From Eledone cirrhosa (Eukaryota), in contig OZ024741.1 of NCBI GenBank assembly GCA_964016885.1, positions 320,354,001-320,418,000 on the forward strand: DNA of 64,000 nucleotides, in the 5' to 3' direction. Numbering within the stretch: the stretch's first letter is position 1; the number at the start of each line of letters is the position of its first letter. Below are positions 14,856-28,859 of the stretch, one piece after another. The position numbers and the translations under genes were made by a program. Under the pieces are notes generated by a model. It made no database searches and was not told the DNA's origin. It was given only the letters and a program-made list of their open reading frames with translations.

Positions 14856-15651
14856 TAAACAAATAATGAACAAACAATTCCTTATATTAAACAAAAAAAG
14901 TTCACACTACCGTAAACTCTTGGTAGATTTATCTACATATATATATATATATATATATATCATTTGAGGGCTTGCTGATTGAAATTGATAAACTACATTC
15001 AATAGAAAGTTAGTGTTTTGTACCAGTAGCCGACAATAAAGTCACTTCTTGGTGCTTTTTTAATTTGAAGCTTTCCTATCACAGTCTCAAGGGTACCATC
15101 ATTGTTACCGTGTTTGGTTTAATGCAGGGACAGCAGTCGTTTATATCTCTTTCAATCACATTGTATCTTGGATTAATTTTTTTATCCCTTCATATATGTC
15201 TCCAGAATGAATCTATAAAATCTATAAACTGATGTTTGAGTCGGCTGCGTCTTTTATTAATCATTTAATGTATGTATGAATATATGAATGTATGTATGTA
15301 TGTATGTATGTATGTATGTATGTATGTATGTATGTATGTATGTATGTATGTATGTGTGTATGAATATATGAATGTATCTATGTATGTATGCATGTATGTG
15401 TTTATGCATGTATGTATGCATGTATGCATATATGTATGTATGCATGCATGTGTATGTAAATGTGTGTATATGCATATGTGTATGTATGCATATGTGGCGT
15501 TAGAACTTCGTATAAAATGATTTGCTGTATTCGTTCAGGCTCTTTGCGCTCTGCGTTCAAATCTCGATCAAGGTCGATAAAAATATCTACCAGTCCAGTA
15601 CTAGGTAGATTCTTCCAATATATCTTTTACTTGCTTTAATTTGTCCTCCCC

Positions 15652-15689
<38 letters not shown>

Positions 15690-15841
15690 GATGATTTCCT
15701 TCTAATGAAACAGTTCTAGTCCTGTAGAAGCCATTCCTATATTAAATATTGTATATACTCTACTATGTATTGAGTACCTTACTAACTGTGGTTACCCTCG
15801 ATTGAACCCGGGATACGCACACACACACACAGAGACACACT

Positions 15842-15986
<145 letters not shown>

Positions 15987-16341
15987 TGAGTGAGTGAGAG
16001 AGAGAGAGAGAAAAAGAGAAAGAAATAGATATAGATATATGTAGTATGCGTGTACCGAACAACCAGCAACGTCTACAATAACATTATGCCCGACGTCCCC
16101 CAAATTATCACACCTACGACAACATGAACAATTATTATAAGATCAGATTTGTTTTAGGTTAAATGTGTAACAGTCTAAATTTGATTTACACCTCCAGATA
16201 TGGAGACCAGTTTATTAAATATTGTCAGTTTTGTTGAATTCGTTTTTCTGTTCATAAACATGCACCTAGTTGTGTACACATTTAAGTATGTGTCTAATCA
16301 AATATGCGTTTGGGAACGTATACGGATGTATAAATTTAGAT

Positions 16342-16426
<85 letters not shown>

Positions 16427-16809
16427 CATAGACACACACACAAACACATACACACACACACACCACAGGTATAGACACACGCACAAATACAGAGGCACAG
16501 ACACACACAAACACACGTACACAAACACACACACTCACACACGCACATGTATATATGTATCTGTGAGTGTGTGTATGTACATATATATATATATATATAT
16601 ATAGTATTAATTATACTATTTATGGTTATGTAAATACAAAACCCTTTTGCAGTTATATATATTTTTATACAAACCCTAAATAGTGGTAGGCAGTAATATA
16701 TTACTACCTTATTACCAGTAAGTTAAGTAGCTCAATGTAAAAACATTAGATGATTTACAGAGCAGTTATATGAAATATATGAATCAAAGAACTGTTCAAA
16801 ACATTTTTA

Positions 16810-16856
16810 TGCTTACAACTGTTTCCTCCAAACCGAGGTTTGGATTCTTCGGAGCA
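16810..16856 (-). ncRNA. Type I hammerhead motif with a core variant (CCGAAGA)
   Basis: TGCT CCGAAGA A TCCAAACC TC GGTTTGGA G GAAAC AGTT GTA AGCA. Confidence 0.55.
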
Positions 16857-17674
16857 ATTTATGAATGAATGAACACTTATATGACCTCCTTTTCACCCAA
16901 GAGACATACAGATACATATGCAAATATTGTGGGTCAACATTCATTACAGCATTTAGAGTGGCAGTACACACTTAGAGATTACATTCATATTAAAAGATAC
17001 AATAAAAAATACAGGTTAAAATACAACATGAAAATAAGCGGTTATATAGTGCAAAGGTTATATGTGTGGCAAGCACGTGCGTCTTGTTTATATAGTGTGG
17101 AAGAGAGTTATGTGTAGTAGAAGCACTTAAGTAGGTAAACAAGAGTGTTAGGTTGGTTGATCTGGTGACAAATTCTTTATATGATTGTTATAGTCTGTGT
17201 GTGGAGAAATAATATAAGCATTAAAAATAGTGCAAGCATTAAAAATATTGGAAATGCGCAGCGAAGGGATGATATGGACTTCATGTACTTCGACATTTTC
17301 ATAGTCTGGGGAGTGTATTTTTCAGATTATATGCCCCTCACATAATCCACGACGATTCGATATTGAGCGTTTGACAATCCAGTTAGAGAATCGTAGTCTG
17401 ATGTTCTTTAGTTCAATACAGGAGGATGTTACGTTTCGAGAATCGACATCAAAATACTACCCGGAAGTGTGTGTGTGGCTAAGGGGAGTTAATGCATGAA
17501 GGGAGGTAACTCCGAGGTTTCTATTACTAACTATTGAAATGTGTCTCAAAATAGACCCTAACTTCTATGGTTATGCGCAATTTCTAAAAAATTTCTAAAG
17601 TTTAAAGTGTTTTAACTATAGAGTAGTCTATTAAGTTGTGCTGAAGTTGTTCGTATTATTATGGTGATTAACCC

Positions 17675-17724
<50 letters not shown>

Positions 17725-17938
17725 TAGCGAGAATCGCATTTCGGCTATTGGAAATTAGCGAAAAACAACATCCGAGATGTGTGGCAAGCGCTCCATAGAA
17801 ACTAGTGAACTAGAGCCACAACGTACGACGTTATATCTATATATATTAATATGTGACCGTGCGTGTATGTGTTTATATGTACGTGTGGGCACGAGAATGT
17901 GTGTGCAAATGATTGCGCGAGGGATAGGCGTTGTATTA

Positions 17939-18085
17939 AATAATTGTTTCTATTTTGGGCACAAGGCCAGCAATTCTCCAGTACATTACTGGTACTTTAT
18001 TTTTTCGACCCCCTTAAGGATGAAAGACAAAGTTAACCTCGGCAGGATTTGAAATCACACCGAAAAGGGACGTAACTCTATGCTG
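17939..18085 (-). mobile_element. Nin-domain SINE, 5'-truncated
   Basis: Family match. Confidence 0.8.
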
Positions 18086-18319
18086 CAAATAATTAAAATC
18101 ATATCGATAATGACTATGCAACTGTTCAAATTTCTCATTTTAACTACGGTAATTTAATTACTATAAATATCTGAATAATGTGACTTCTGATAGATCGATC
18201 AAAGTAACTCTTATCTTCGTAAAAATACTTTTACTCATAAAATTGGCATCTAATTCACGAATGTTCTAAATGTTGATTATAAGTAAATATGAAATCAGCC
18301 TGACATTATTTTATATCAA

Positions 18320-19059
18320 ACTAGCAGATTTAACCGGCGTTGCCCGGGGTTTGAAATTATGCTAAGAATATACAGCTAGGAAGTAAAAGAAGAAAATTAT
18401 TTGTCCCCAACTTGTCAAAAGTCTTCAATAATTAATGCAATCTTCAATATTTTGTGCAATCTTTGTACACATAAAACTATACTGATAATGAAGGAACATT
18501 TTGTTTTAACTGATTTCTTCATTCTAATAATAGTTTTTTTTATAAATTCACAATATCCTGGAAGCATAGATAATGCCTGCCTCAAATGTGGACGAAATTA
18601 CTTTAAAAATGTAGAAGTTGTAGGTCCCAACGGTTTGAATGGAAAGTCCCATAAGGATTGTTTTTAGATTGATTTCTCCCTTACAGCATACACTTTAGAA
18701 AAAATAATCTTCTTGTATTACCTCGACGGCATAGGCAATGCCTGCCTCACATTTGGTAAAAAAAGCTCGAAAAATGTAAAAGTAATTGCAACTTTTAATT
18801 TGCATGGAAAATCCCATAAGGAGTTTGTCTTCATCGTTATCTCCCTTACATTATGCACTTTAGAAAAAATAATTTTGCTATTGATTTTTTATTGCTCAAC
18901 GTGGGTTGATTTGAAAAAAGATTGTGATATGACCATCTTAGCGACAGGTGCAACGTGCACAGAAAGTTTGGTCAAATTCGCTTGGGAATTGTAAAAGCCT
19001 TAGGTGTCCAAATTTGTACACAGACACACACACATCCTCGCTTTTATATATCTATAGAT
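18320..19059 (+). mobile_element. Helitron/Helentron-type non-autonomous element
   Basis: Starts ACTAGC..CCGGCGTTGCCCGGG, internal imperfect tandem units, ends ACAGACACAC..TTTTATATATCTATAGAT. Confidence 0.55.
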
Positions 19060-19074
19060 TACTTAACGGCGTGA

Positions 19075-20020
19075 ATGAAGAATTACGGCGGACTACGGCC
19101 CATTGCAGTGGTAACGTCTTTCGGAGACTTGCTGCCAAGGTAGCCTGCAGATAAGTCGTTGACTGCTCTACTCTGTGTGGGAATTAAGTGTTGATGTGAG
19201 GCGGCTGCCCATGCGGCCAGACACTTCGTAGATCACACACCTCCTTCGTCACCTCAGTTCTAGTGACTCTAGACATGGGTAACCTCTTCCGTGGCGTTTG
19301 GTAGGATCAAGTTTTAGAGACGTGTCTATGACGTGCTCTCTCGTTGCACCCACTCACATATATCACTTATGAGACACCCAGCACACTTATGGCTGCTGAC
19401 AAACGAATCACCTTCGCCACAGGTGTCAAGAAGAGGACACTCTCGACCCGTTCCTTGTCGCGCTGACTTTGATGACATCGTCCTTCAATGTCTGGTAGTT
19501 GGATGACACGACACTCAGAGGCTAGGCTGAGTCTGTTGCTGAAGACCTCCAGTAGGTCATGTCACCTAGGAGTTGAGATCAACCCATCCAAGTCCGAGGT
19601 CGTCAATGTAAGCTACGACGAAGTCTAATTCCAAGACACCGTACTTAGAAGTGATCCTCTCTTGACTGGAGCCCGGCTGACCCCGAAAGACGCAGTCTGC
19701 ATTCTCGGCTCTCCAATCCTGCTGAAAGCCATAGGTGGGTGCCTGGGGATCAATCATGCAGACCTAATGAGGATGTCGGAGACATTACGCCTTATCGATG
19801 CACACCCGTGCTCTTTCTCCTGACGAACTGCTTTACTCTCTTCAGTCTATGGTTAAATACCGCTTCCTCTTTGCATCTCTCTAGGTCGAGATCTCTGGCG
19901 CCCTGCGTCTCCGCACTGCAGTAAAGTCAGAAAGACGGCGGCTCGCTTGAGGAAAGAACCCGTGAGATAGGTTGACTGTTGCAGGTAGTGTCTCTAGCCA
20001 TTCCCCGCGGTAATACCTTT
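19075..20020 (+). mobile_element. Decayed CRE-clade non-LTR retrotransposon (RT and C-terminus)
   Basis: GGLRPIAV(G)NVFRRLAAKVAC, CEAAAHAARHF, LDMGN, FNVW*LDD, LGVEINPSKSE, terminal SLAIPRGN (cf. SxAIQRGN); many stops and deletions. Confidence 0.75.
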
Positions 20021-21429
20021 TTCACTTGTTCGCATGACGCGGCTGAGGCACCGCTCCGACACGTGTGTAGTACCTTTACCTTCCCCTCTCACTTTCTTAC
20101 GTTGCTTTATCTTTTTTTTTACTCTTTTTTCTCTTCATTTCCTTTATTTCTTACTTCTTTATCCCCTCTAATAGTGTGTTTTGTTTTTATTAAATACTGC
20201 TCGATAATGTTTATATAATGTCGATAGTTTTTCATGATATTGTGAGAATTTGTGTATTGAATATGTTTCTATATTTAGTTGTTAAATTGATATACTTTGA
20301 ATTAAATCATTGTTGTGAATAAAAGATGTAAAATCTGTTATTGATAAAAAATAAAGTCATTTAAAAGTGTATTGCTTTTTAAAATATAAAAAAAAAACAA
20401 TAACATTTATAAAAATATAATATACCATGTAGATTTTAAAATTATATTGAATTCGCCCGTATCAATTTTGAAGCATTGACAGAAATTCACAAATATGAAT
20501 TCATTAAAAAATCATGTTTTGTCAACGCCTATTCATTCCCTATCTATGATTGTGTAAGTTCATTTAATAGCTGTAAGGTGTTCAATTTGAGAAAGACTTG
20601 GCTCTTATTTAGCCACTGCTCTCTCTCTATCTCTCTCACACACACACACACACACTCACTATCTCTCTGTCCCTCTCTTTCTCCCTTTCTCTCATGAACG
20701 CATATAAATACGCTGAAGAATCATGTAGTTAAATATTTAGGGAATAAATTATTAGGGCTAAATGTTGAAGTTCATTTACAAATATCACTCTTTCGTCTTG
20801 CTTATTACTACTGTATTGCGTTTAAAGTTGTCTGGCTTCCTCGAAAGCTTCTATTGTCTCCCAAGTCTTCCTTTCGGAAATGTCTCCAGAACAAATATCA
20901 AGTCAAACAGAACACACATTTCTGTTAGAACTTTTACAAATATAACGATTTCTCTGCTTAGTATTCTTTCAATTCATCTTTCTTTGGGTTTTATGCTTTT
21001 CCGTGAAACAAAACGTATTTACTAGACTGAACATTGGGTTATATTCAAATATGGTTCGGCTTAATGTTAGTTCCAAAAATGTATTTATGGAAAGTAATTC
21101 CTTGATGTTTAGAATGATCAGGGGGAAACCACAACGAATGACAACAACCAATAGCGAGCCAATATTGAAACGAGCTCATTCAAAAGAGCTCAGACGCATA
21201 AACCGATCATTATACAACAGTTGTTTGATATTTGCATCGCATTAGGACGTCAAACATTTCTGCAAATGGGTCGCGCCCAAGCTGAACGATAATGAATAAA
21301 TAAATAAAATGAAATAAAAACCATCGACGTTGTGAAGTCTGTTCTCCGGTTCTTTGGTATAAATAAAGTCTGTCTCAAGACGGAGGCTCCATCAAGCCGA
21401 TGCTTATTGTGTGGCGAGAAGCGACTGAG

Positions 21430-21612
21430 AGTAAAAGAGCCACTCCTGGAGATCAGGCGGGTTCATCGCAGGGTAAAACCCACAGCTATTGCTGGTAGTC
21501 ATTTTAGCTGAGTATACTGGAGCAACGTGAAATGGAGTGTTTTGCTCAAGAATACAACACATAATCCAGCCCATGAATCGTACCTACGACATTATGATTG
21601 TAAGTCCAACAC
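21430..21612 (-). mobile_element. Second SINE family (CORE-like central domain), decayed
   Basis: Minus strand GTGTTGTATTCTTGAGCAAAACACT..CACGTTGCTCCAGT..ACTCAGCT. Confidence 0.55.
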
Positions 21613-21666
21613 ACATACAAATGCAAATATATCTATTTTTTGATCCCATTATCTTATATGGCTACA

Positions 21667-22010
21667 AGGGCGGTGGATTGGTAGTATCGGCAGAGCGTCG
21701 AATACTCTGGTTCATAGCATAGAGTTACGGCCCTTTACATTCTGAGTTCAAATTCCTTCGAGGTTAGCTTTACCTTTCATCCTTACGGGACGACAAAATA
21801 AAGTACTAGTCAGGTACTAGGATTGATTTAATAAACTCCCCCCCCCAAAAAAAAAAACTTTCTGGACTTGTGCCTAATCAGAAATCATTATCATATATGA
21901 TCTCGCCGAGGTTAACTTTGCCTTTCATCCTTACGGGGTCGATAAAATAAAGTACCTGTAATACACTGGTTAATTGCTGGCCTTGTGCCAAACGTAGAAA
22001 CAATTATCAT
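21667..22010 (+). mobile_element. Two adjacent Nin-domain SINEs (long variant followed by a truncated copy)
   Basis: Family match; ATTATCATATATGA duplicated around the second copy. Confidence 0.8.
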
Positions 22011-23089
22011 ATATGACCACACATGGATTTCATACGACAAACTGCGTTGTTTCGTACTGTTGGTTGAAGGAATTGAAATCTCGAAAACGTCTTCCCAAAC
22101 CGAACGGGAATCAAAAATAGCTGATTTGACAGGTGGCAAATAGATTCCTTCTTTTCTGATTTTTGAATCTCGGTGAAATTAGCAAAACAGAGACGTATTG
22201 CCAACAAATCAAAAAAAGGCACCCAGAACTACAACTAAAAACGTTTACATCCGGTATTGGTCAATTGAAGTGGGTTAGTTCCTCTTCAAGACAACCATTT
22301 ACCCCATGACGCGCAATGGGCAATGAATGTCAAATCCATTTAGTTTATTCGCCAGACAACCCTGAAGCTAACCGTCTGACTTTTTCAAACTTTGCAATAA
22401 TTTCTCGGTGAATCATTTTCACCTCAGGGAGTTAAATAAATATTGACATATTAACTAATTGATTGAATTATCGACCATTTGATTATATTTTTTCTCTCTC
22501 TCTTCTATTTCTACTGTAGAAAAAAGCATAATTATGGCTGAACTCAACGTTAATTCATTTAAAAGGAAAAAAATATATACACATATATATACACTGACAT
22601 ATATACACATACATAAACATACATACATATATACATAAATACATACATAAATACATATATACATGAATACATACATACATATATGCACACGTACATATAT
22701 ACATATATACATATATACATCCATACTCATACATATTTGCACAACCATTCGCTGGTACAAGCAGACGTACATACTCATAAATATACTCACATCTACAGAC
22801 GTATAAATAGAAGTACACTTACACACAAACGCGCTCACAGACATATGCACACACACAAATACACTCGCACACAGAAACATTCGCACACACAAGAATTATT
22901 TACTTTTCATAATTATTTACTATTCTGATTATTTTCCATCTATTTTGTAATTTTTATTTTTTAATAATTTTTAGTAGTTATTCAAAATTAAGTTGTTTTT
23001 AATTAATATAATTATATACTATTATATTCGTTGTTATTTCTGCTTACCCTAACATTATGTATAGCAATACATCCCTTTAATAGATTTAC

Positions 23090-23293
23090 CCTCATGCAAT
23101 GCTGGGTTCGAACCTGAGTAGCTATCAGAGCCCAAATGGGACCATCCATCCTTGGTTGAAGATATTAAACTAATGTTTGGGAATGGGTAAGCGACAGGCT
23201 GTATTTGGTAGCATCACATACTAAATTTTGAGAAGAATGTGTCATTGTCAAACACTCATGACCGCCTTGGTTGCACCTACTAACCCACAATGC
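23090..23293 (+). mobile_element. Third SINE-like repeat (partial second copy at ~24685-24802)
   Basis: B box GGTTCGAACC; shared GTAAGCGACAGGCTGTATTT..CCTACTAACCCACA segment. Confidence 0.5.
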
Positions 23294-23555
23294 AAATTAT
23301 TGTCAATTGTCTGAGCATACGGAGGTCATTACCATATCAATTCTTTGTTTATAGTTTGCTGTGCCCCAGAAAAGATTACTTAACTAAATCTTTTATGTTC
23401 ATACCATCTGATGACGCCATCGATCGTCTTGTGCTATTGTTTAATGACGTAAGCCGGCCACAGAAATACGTATTACTCCAATATATAACAATAAAAGAAG
23501 TTACTGCAATACGGCTTACTCATATATTTATTGAAGTGTATACATATATATATGT

Positions 23556-23633
<78 letters not shown>

Positions 23634-24279
23634 GGGGGGGGGCGGTGTATGTGTGTATGTGTGTGTGTGTGCTTGCGTATATATATTGTACATAAATGTG
23701 TAGAAGAAAAATGAATGACAAAAAGCGAGTATGTATTGTATATATGATTCACTTGTTCAGTTATTCTCGCCATTTACTAACGCTTAATCAAATCAACTGT
23801 ATTATTGAACAAATTTGGAGGTCATCAATGCCGACGAATAATCAGACTTGTAGCTCCACCAAAGTCAGTTAATCACACAATTAATTACATCATTAACTCA
23901 ATTGCGTAACAACCCAAGTGAAAATTAATTACATACTTCTTTTCTTTTCTTTACACAAGAGAGCGATATAATGAATATTACTAGCTTTTAATGATTGTTA
24001 TATAGGTAGAATAATATATATACGAGAGCCGGCTGTACATTTGTTAGGCTGACTAAGATACTCTAATGGAATGACCAAGTGAGGTTTATTCTTCAGCATA
24101 GTCCCTGGAAAGAAACAATTCAGTTATTAATATGTAGATTTGAAATTAATGCATGCAAGATTTTACAGTTCAAGCATCACTCCTTCATAGTTCAAGCATC
24201 ACTCTTTCATAGTCAGACGAAGACTTTTCCGCCAACCCTCGTATATATCATCCTTATGCTCATTGTTATATTATACAAT

Positions 24280-24470
24280 GACGGTGGATTGGCAGTATCG
24301 GTAGAGCCTCAGACACCATGCTTTCTAGCATATAGTTACGCCCCTTTACGGTCTGAGTTCAATTCCTGCGGAAGTTAAATTTGACTTTCATCCTTACGGA
24401 GTCGATAAAATAAAGTACCAGTAATGCACTGGAATAATTGCTGGCCTTGTGCCAAACGTAGAGACAATTA
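24280..24470 (+). mobile_element. Nin-domain SINE, full length, with TSD
   Basis: TTATATTATACAAT on both sides; A and B boxes. Confidence 0.85.
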
Positions 24471-25630
24471 TTATATTATACAATACACCCAAGTCATAAA
24501 ATAAATAAGCGAAATGAACCCAAGATGAATGCAAAAGGCAAGAACTGAAATGTCATAACTTACATCAAAAACTACCCCCGCTATATATTTTACGACAATG
24601 CCTCATCCGGTACCCCTCTATATATTTAGCAATATTTATCTCTCCCAACCCCTTCATTATATCTACAAGCATTGAAATTTACCCCTAATGTTTTGGGGTG
24701 TGTAAGCGACAGGCTGTATTTAATAGCATCACATTTTGGCAAAAATGTATCGCTATCAAACACACATAAACCCCTTGGTCGCGCCTACTAACCCACAGTG
24801 CACGGTTGTAATCCCAAGAGCAATACAATTAGTCTACGGGGTGCAGATATTCACAGATAAATATTACTTCTTTTCTTTCAGCAAACCTTTACGGTGTGAA
24901 AAAAATAATCGTTATTATCTACATCGAGGTGAAAATTGAACCTAGATCTGTGATAGTCCAACTATTGGAAAAATGTCTTCGTTTACCTGTGCCGAGCTTC
25001 AATATCATGTTTTCTGGTGAGTGCATTAGAGAGGTCCATTAGGGAAGTCTATTATATAAGTCCATCAGAGAAGTTTTCTCAGTAAATTTAAGAGGCTTTT
25101 ACTTTCTCCTGACATACTATAGTGTATCTAAGATAGTAACATTGACGAAGACGGCGACAACTACGAAGCCAACGACAGAGAAGAAGAAGAAGAAGAAGAA
25201 GAAGAAGAAGAAGGGGGCTATTAGTGGCAGTAATGCTGGGGATGGTAGTAGTGGCGACGATGAGGATGCCGACAACAATAACGATGATGATTATGACCAC
25301 GACGATGATGATGATGATGCCTTTGGTCACGACAATGATGATGACGATGATTACTGATGAAAATTCTGATATACTTTGACGTAACATGCAATATGGGACA
25401 ATATTCAAAACTATATATAATACATTTCGTATAGTAGTTAGTCTATCACATGAAACGGAAATAATCCTCTTTACCATCATACAATTATAGAACACACCTC
25501 ACATTTCTAAAATAGGTGTGTATTGAGCACTTTGCATTTTGGCAGGAAAGTACATATTAACGAAGACGCTCTCTCTCTCTCGCTCTCTTCCCCTTCTATC
25601 TCTTTCTCTCTCGATTTATATATATATATA

Positions 25631-25800
<170 letters not shown>

Positions 25801-26008
25801 GTGTATATATACACACACACATATTTGTGTGTGTGCACGCATGTGTGTATGCTAGTATGCATGCATGTGTACGCACGTTTGAGTTTAGATGTAGAAACAT
25901 GAAAGGAATCTACGGCTTACATATAGTAGGATTTAGTTTCTTCAAAGACTAAACTAAAGTTAGATTACACACATACATAAACACACATATACACACACAG
26001 AATAACAC

Positions 26009-26040
<32 letters not shown>

Positions 26041-26535
26041 TTTGATACGCATCTGGATATCTGTAAAGATAGATCTGTGAACAATAACACAAAGATGTGC
26101 CTTTTATCTTTTCTCGTCTGACTATTAGACTTGTACAACTGCTAAATATGGATCTACATCTGAGGAGGAGATGTCTATAACGTTAGAGATATGTAAATGC
26201 ACGCGAAGGGGAATTAACAATTTCATAGACCCGATCGGCATTTTAGAAAAACGATAATATAGTGTATTGCACTCTATATACATGAACACAATGTTGAGGG
26301 AAGAGGTTTCCTTGCATTGTGCTTAAAGTTAGAGAGGAAGGAATTCGTTTCCGAGTCAGTCTGAGGACAAGCTACATAAGCATCATCAAGGGATAGACCA
26401 CGCTCAAAGACAGAAATTCAGGAGTGTTCAATGCTGATAGATTGCAGTGGTTGAAAGTGGCGCCAAAGCTCAGAAACAGTATGATATACTGTTGATGGTG
26501 TTGACGTCAACGATGATGACAATCTTATATCATAA

Positions 26536-26672
26536 ATGTTTGTACTGTTGGCACAAGGCCAGCAATTCACCAATGCATTACTGGTGCTTTATTTTATCAG
26601 ACTCCGTAAGCATGAAAAGCAAAGTTAACACAAACCCGACGCTCTACCGATACTGCCAATCCACCACCTTAT
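26536..26672 (-). mobile_element. Nin-domain SINE, internally deleted, with 15 bp TSD
   Basis: AATCTTATATCATAA at 26521-26535 and 26673-26687. Confidence 0.8.
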
Positions 26673-27385
26673 AATCTTATATCATAAGACAATGCTAACA
26701 TCAAATAGCATTCCAATCTATACACATGAAAGACTTCGTGCAACAGCAGGGGACTATTAACTAAAACGTCTGCGAAGAATACTAGGAATAGCCTACAAGG
26801 TAATCTTCACAATCTAACGTGATTTGTTTGATTGGCCACAAGGGCCCTATATATTGAGGACAATAACAACATAACACATAACACAGAGAAAAGTTTCCAC
26901 CATGTAAAGTAAAGGGGAAACTACTAAAGGGAAATACAGCAGTAATTTTATAAAATCAGCAAGATAGCAAGAATAATAAAAAATTTCTATTAGGAACAGT
27001 TCATAGATAAGAGCATGGAGGAACAGACCTTTAGGTTCATTCCAGTACTGTTGATAATATGAATGAAGTTGATCATCTGTCAAGATGATAAAGTCGACAA
27101 TTTTGCAGTGATTATATTGATGTATTCATGGTGGTGATGATGAAGATGATGATGAGACGGAGAGGGGGTGGGGAGGAGAGTGGTGGTGGTGATGATTATG
27201 CAGATGTTGGTGATGATGATGATGATGATAATGGTAAATGTGCTGATTATAACGATGACTTATGTTGACGTAACCGACAAGATCGCACAATAGTAAAAAT
27301 TATTTAATGTCATTGGCAAATTAATCATTTTAAATTCCAATTCTTAAACACATCCACTTACACACACACACAAACACACACACAC

Positions 27386-27507
<122 letters not shown>

Positions 27508-27915
27508 TTTCGTTGATGTTGTTTTTCTTGTATCGATAGTACTTTTCGTAATATTTGTGCGGTACATAGTAATGCTAGTTTATGTATGTTGTATATATAT
27601 GGAAGTCCTGAAGTTTTGTTTATGTATCTGTCTGTGTGTATTTATCATTACTAGAGCTTCTAATATCTTTACACTTAGATACTTTCTTCATTTCCTTAGC
27701 AGATTGTCGTCTGCGAAGATTGATACATACACAGAGAGAAAGAGTGAGAGAGAGAGAGAGAGTAAGAGAGAGAGAAAGAGAGAGATAGAGAGATAGATAG
27801 AGAGATAGATAGATCGGTAGTTGCAGGTTTAGACTAGTAAAACCAGGCTCAAGCTTACCGTTGTACGTTAACATTTCGCTATATATATATATATATACCT
27901 ATATGTATATATGTA

Positions 27916-27990
<75 letters not shown>

Positions 27991-28190
27991 GTGTCTGTAT
28001 GTGTTTAATATGAAAGCTAGACTTCAAAAATATGTAATGGATTCTATATGAGTTACTAAACCATTTCATTGATCTGCTGTAGCATGACCGCCGTATAATG
28101 ACAGAGGCCAACAAAAATATGAAAGAATTCATCTGTATATCCTTACATGCATACACACCTATATACGTACGCATGTACATTCATACATAT

Positions 28191-28468
28191 GGTGGCTGCC
28201 AACTCGTTTTCGAGTACGGCCACTACTTTATATCCATGTAGGAGAACCCTTACCGATGCGCTGAACGAGTGTGACTTTTTAGTCCAGCCAGCGACTTGAA
28301 AACTGGTACAAACACTACACTTGTGACAATTATTGACACATAGTGCTGGGCCCATGATACCATGTGACGACAAGTGCAGAGAGATCTCCAGATACAAAGC
28401 AATGCCTGGCAATCCCACCAAGGTTTCTTGGTGAGGAGGGTGACTTTGGACATCCTGCAGGACTAAAA
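28191..28468 (-). mobile_element. Dispersed copy of the RTE-derived element with inverted 5' piece and 14 bp TSD
   Basis: ACATTCATACATAT at 28177-28190 and 28469-28482; ~28407-28468 is the reverse complement of ~37787-37848. Confidence 0.85.
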
Positions 28469-28745
28469 ACATTCATACATATATACATACAAACATATAT
28501 ACATACACACATCTGTCTGCTTGGTCTATGGCTGAATGTCTGACCAACAGTCTGTCTGTTTGTTCGCTTGCAACTTTTTTTCGTAATTACAGAGGAATTT
28601 TAAGTAAATTTGGATTATTCTAACGACATACTGACTGCAACACCAGTCATGCCGACTAATTATCTCGTCAGACGATTTGCCAACAGAACAAATGAAAGTA
28701 GACAATTATTGACATTGTTATTGTTTCTTATTATCATTATTATCA

Positions 28746-28859
28746 GCCGAGGTTGACTTTGCCTTTCATCCTTACGGGGTCGATAAAATAAAGTACCAGT
28801 AATGTAATGGGTCTGTTGCTGGCCTTGTGCCAAAAGTAGAAACAATTGTTATTATTATT
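28746..28859 (+). mobile_element. Nin-domain SINE, 5'-truncated
   Basis: Family match; tail abuts the Tx1 derivative. Confidence 0.8.

Noticed and set aside
20760-21290. Unique-looking segment with two CCAAT boxes near 21145-21165
   Set aside because: No downstream ORF or exon can be supported; such short motifs occur by chance
23405-23478. CTGATGA..GAAA hammerhead-like words
   Set aside because: Stem II not adjacent to GAAA and no stem I
24980-25115. Possible minus-strand host exon ending CAG/GTAAAC
   Set aside because: Only a 17-codon frame with no recognisable homology
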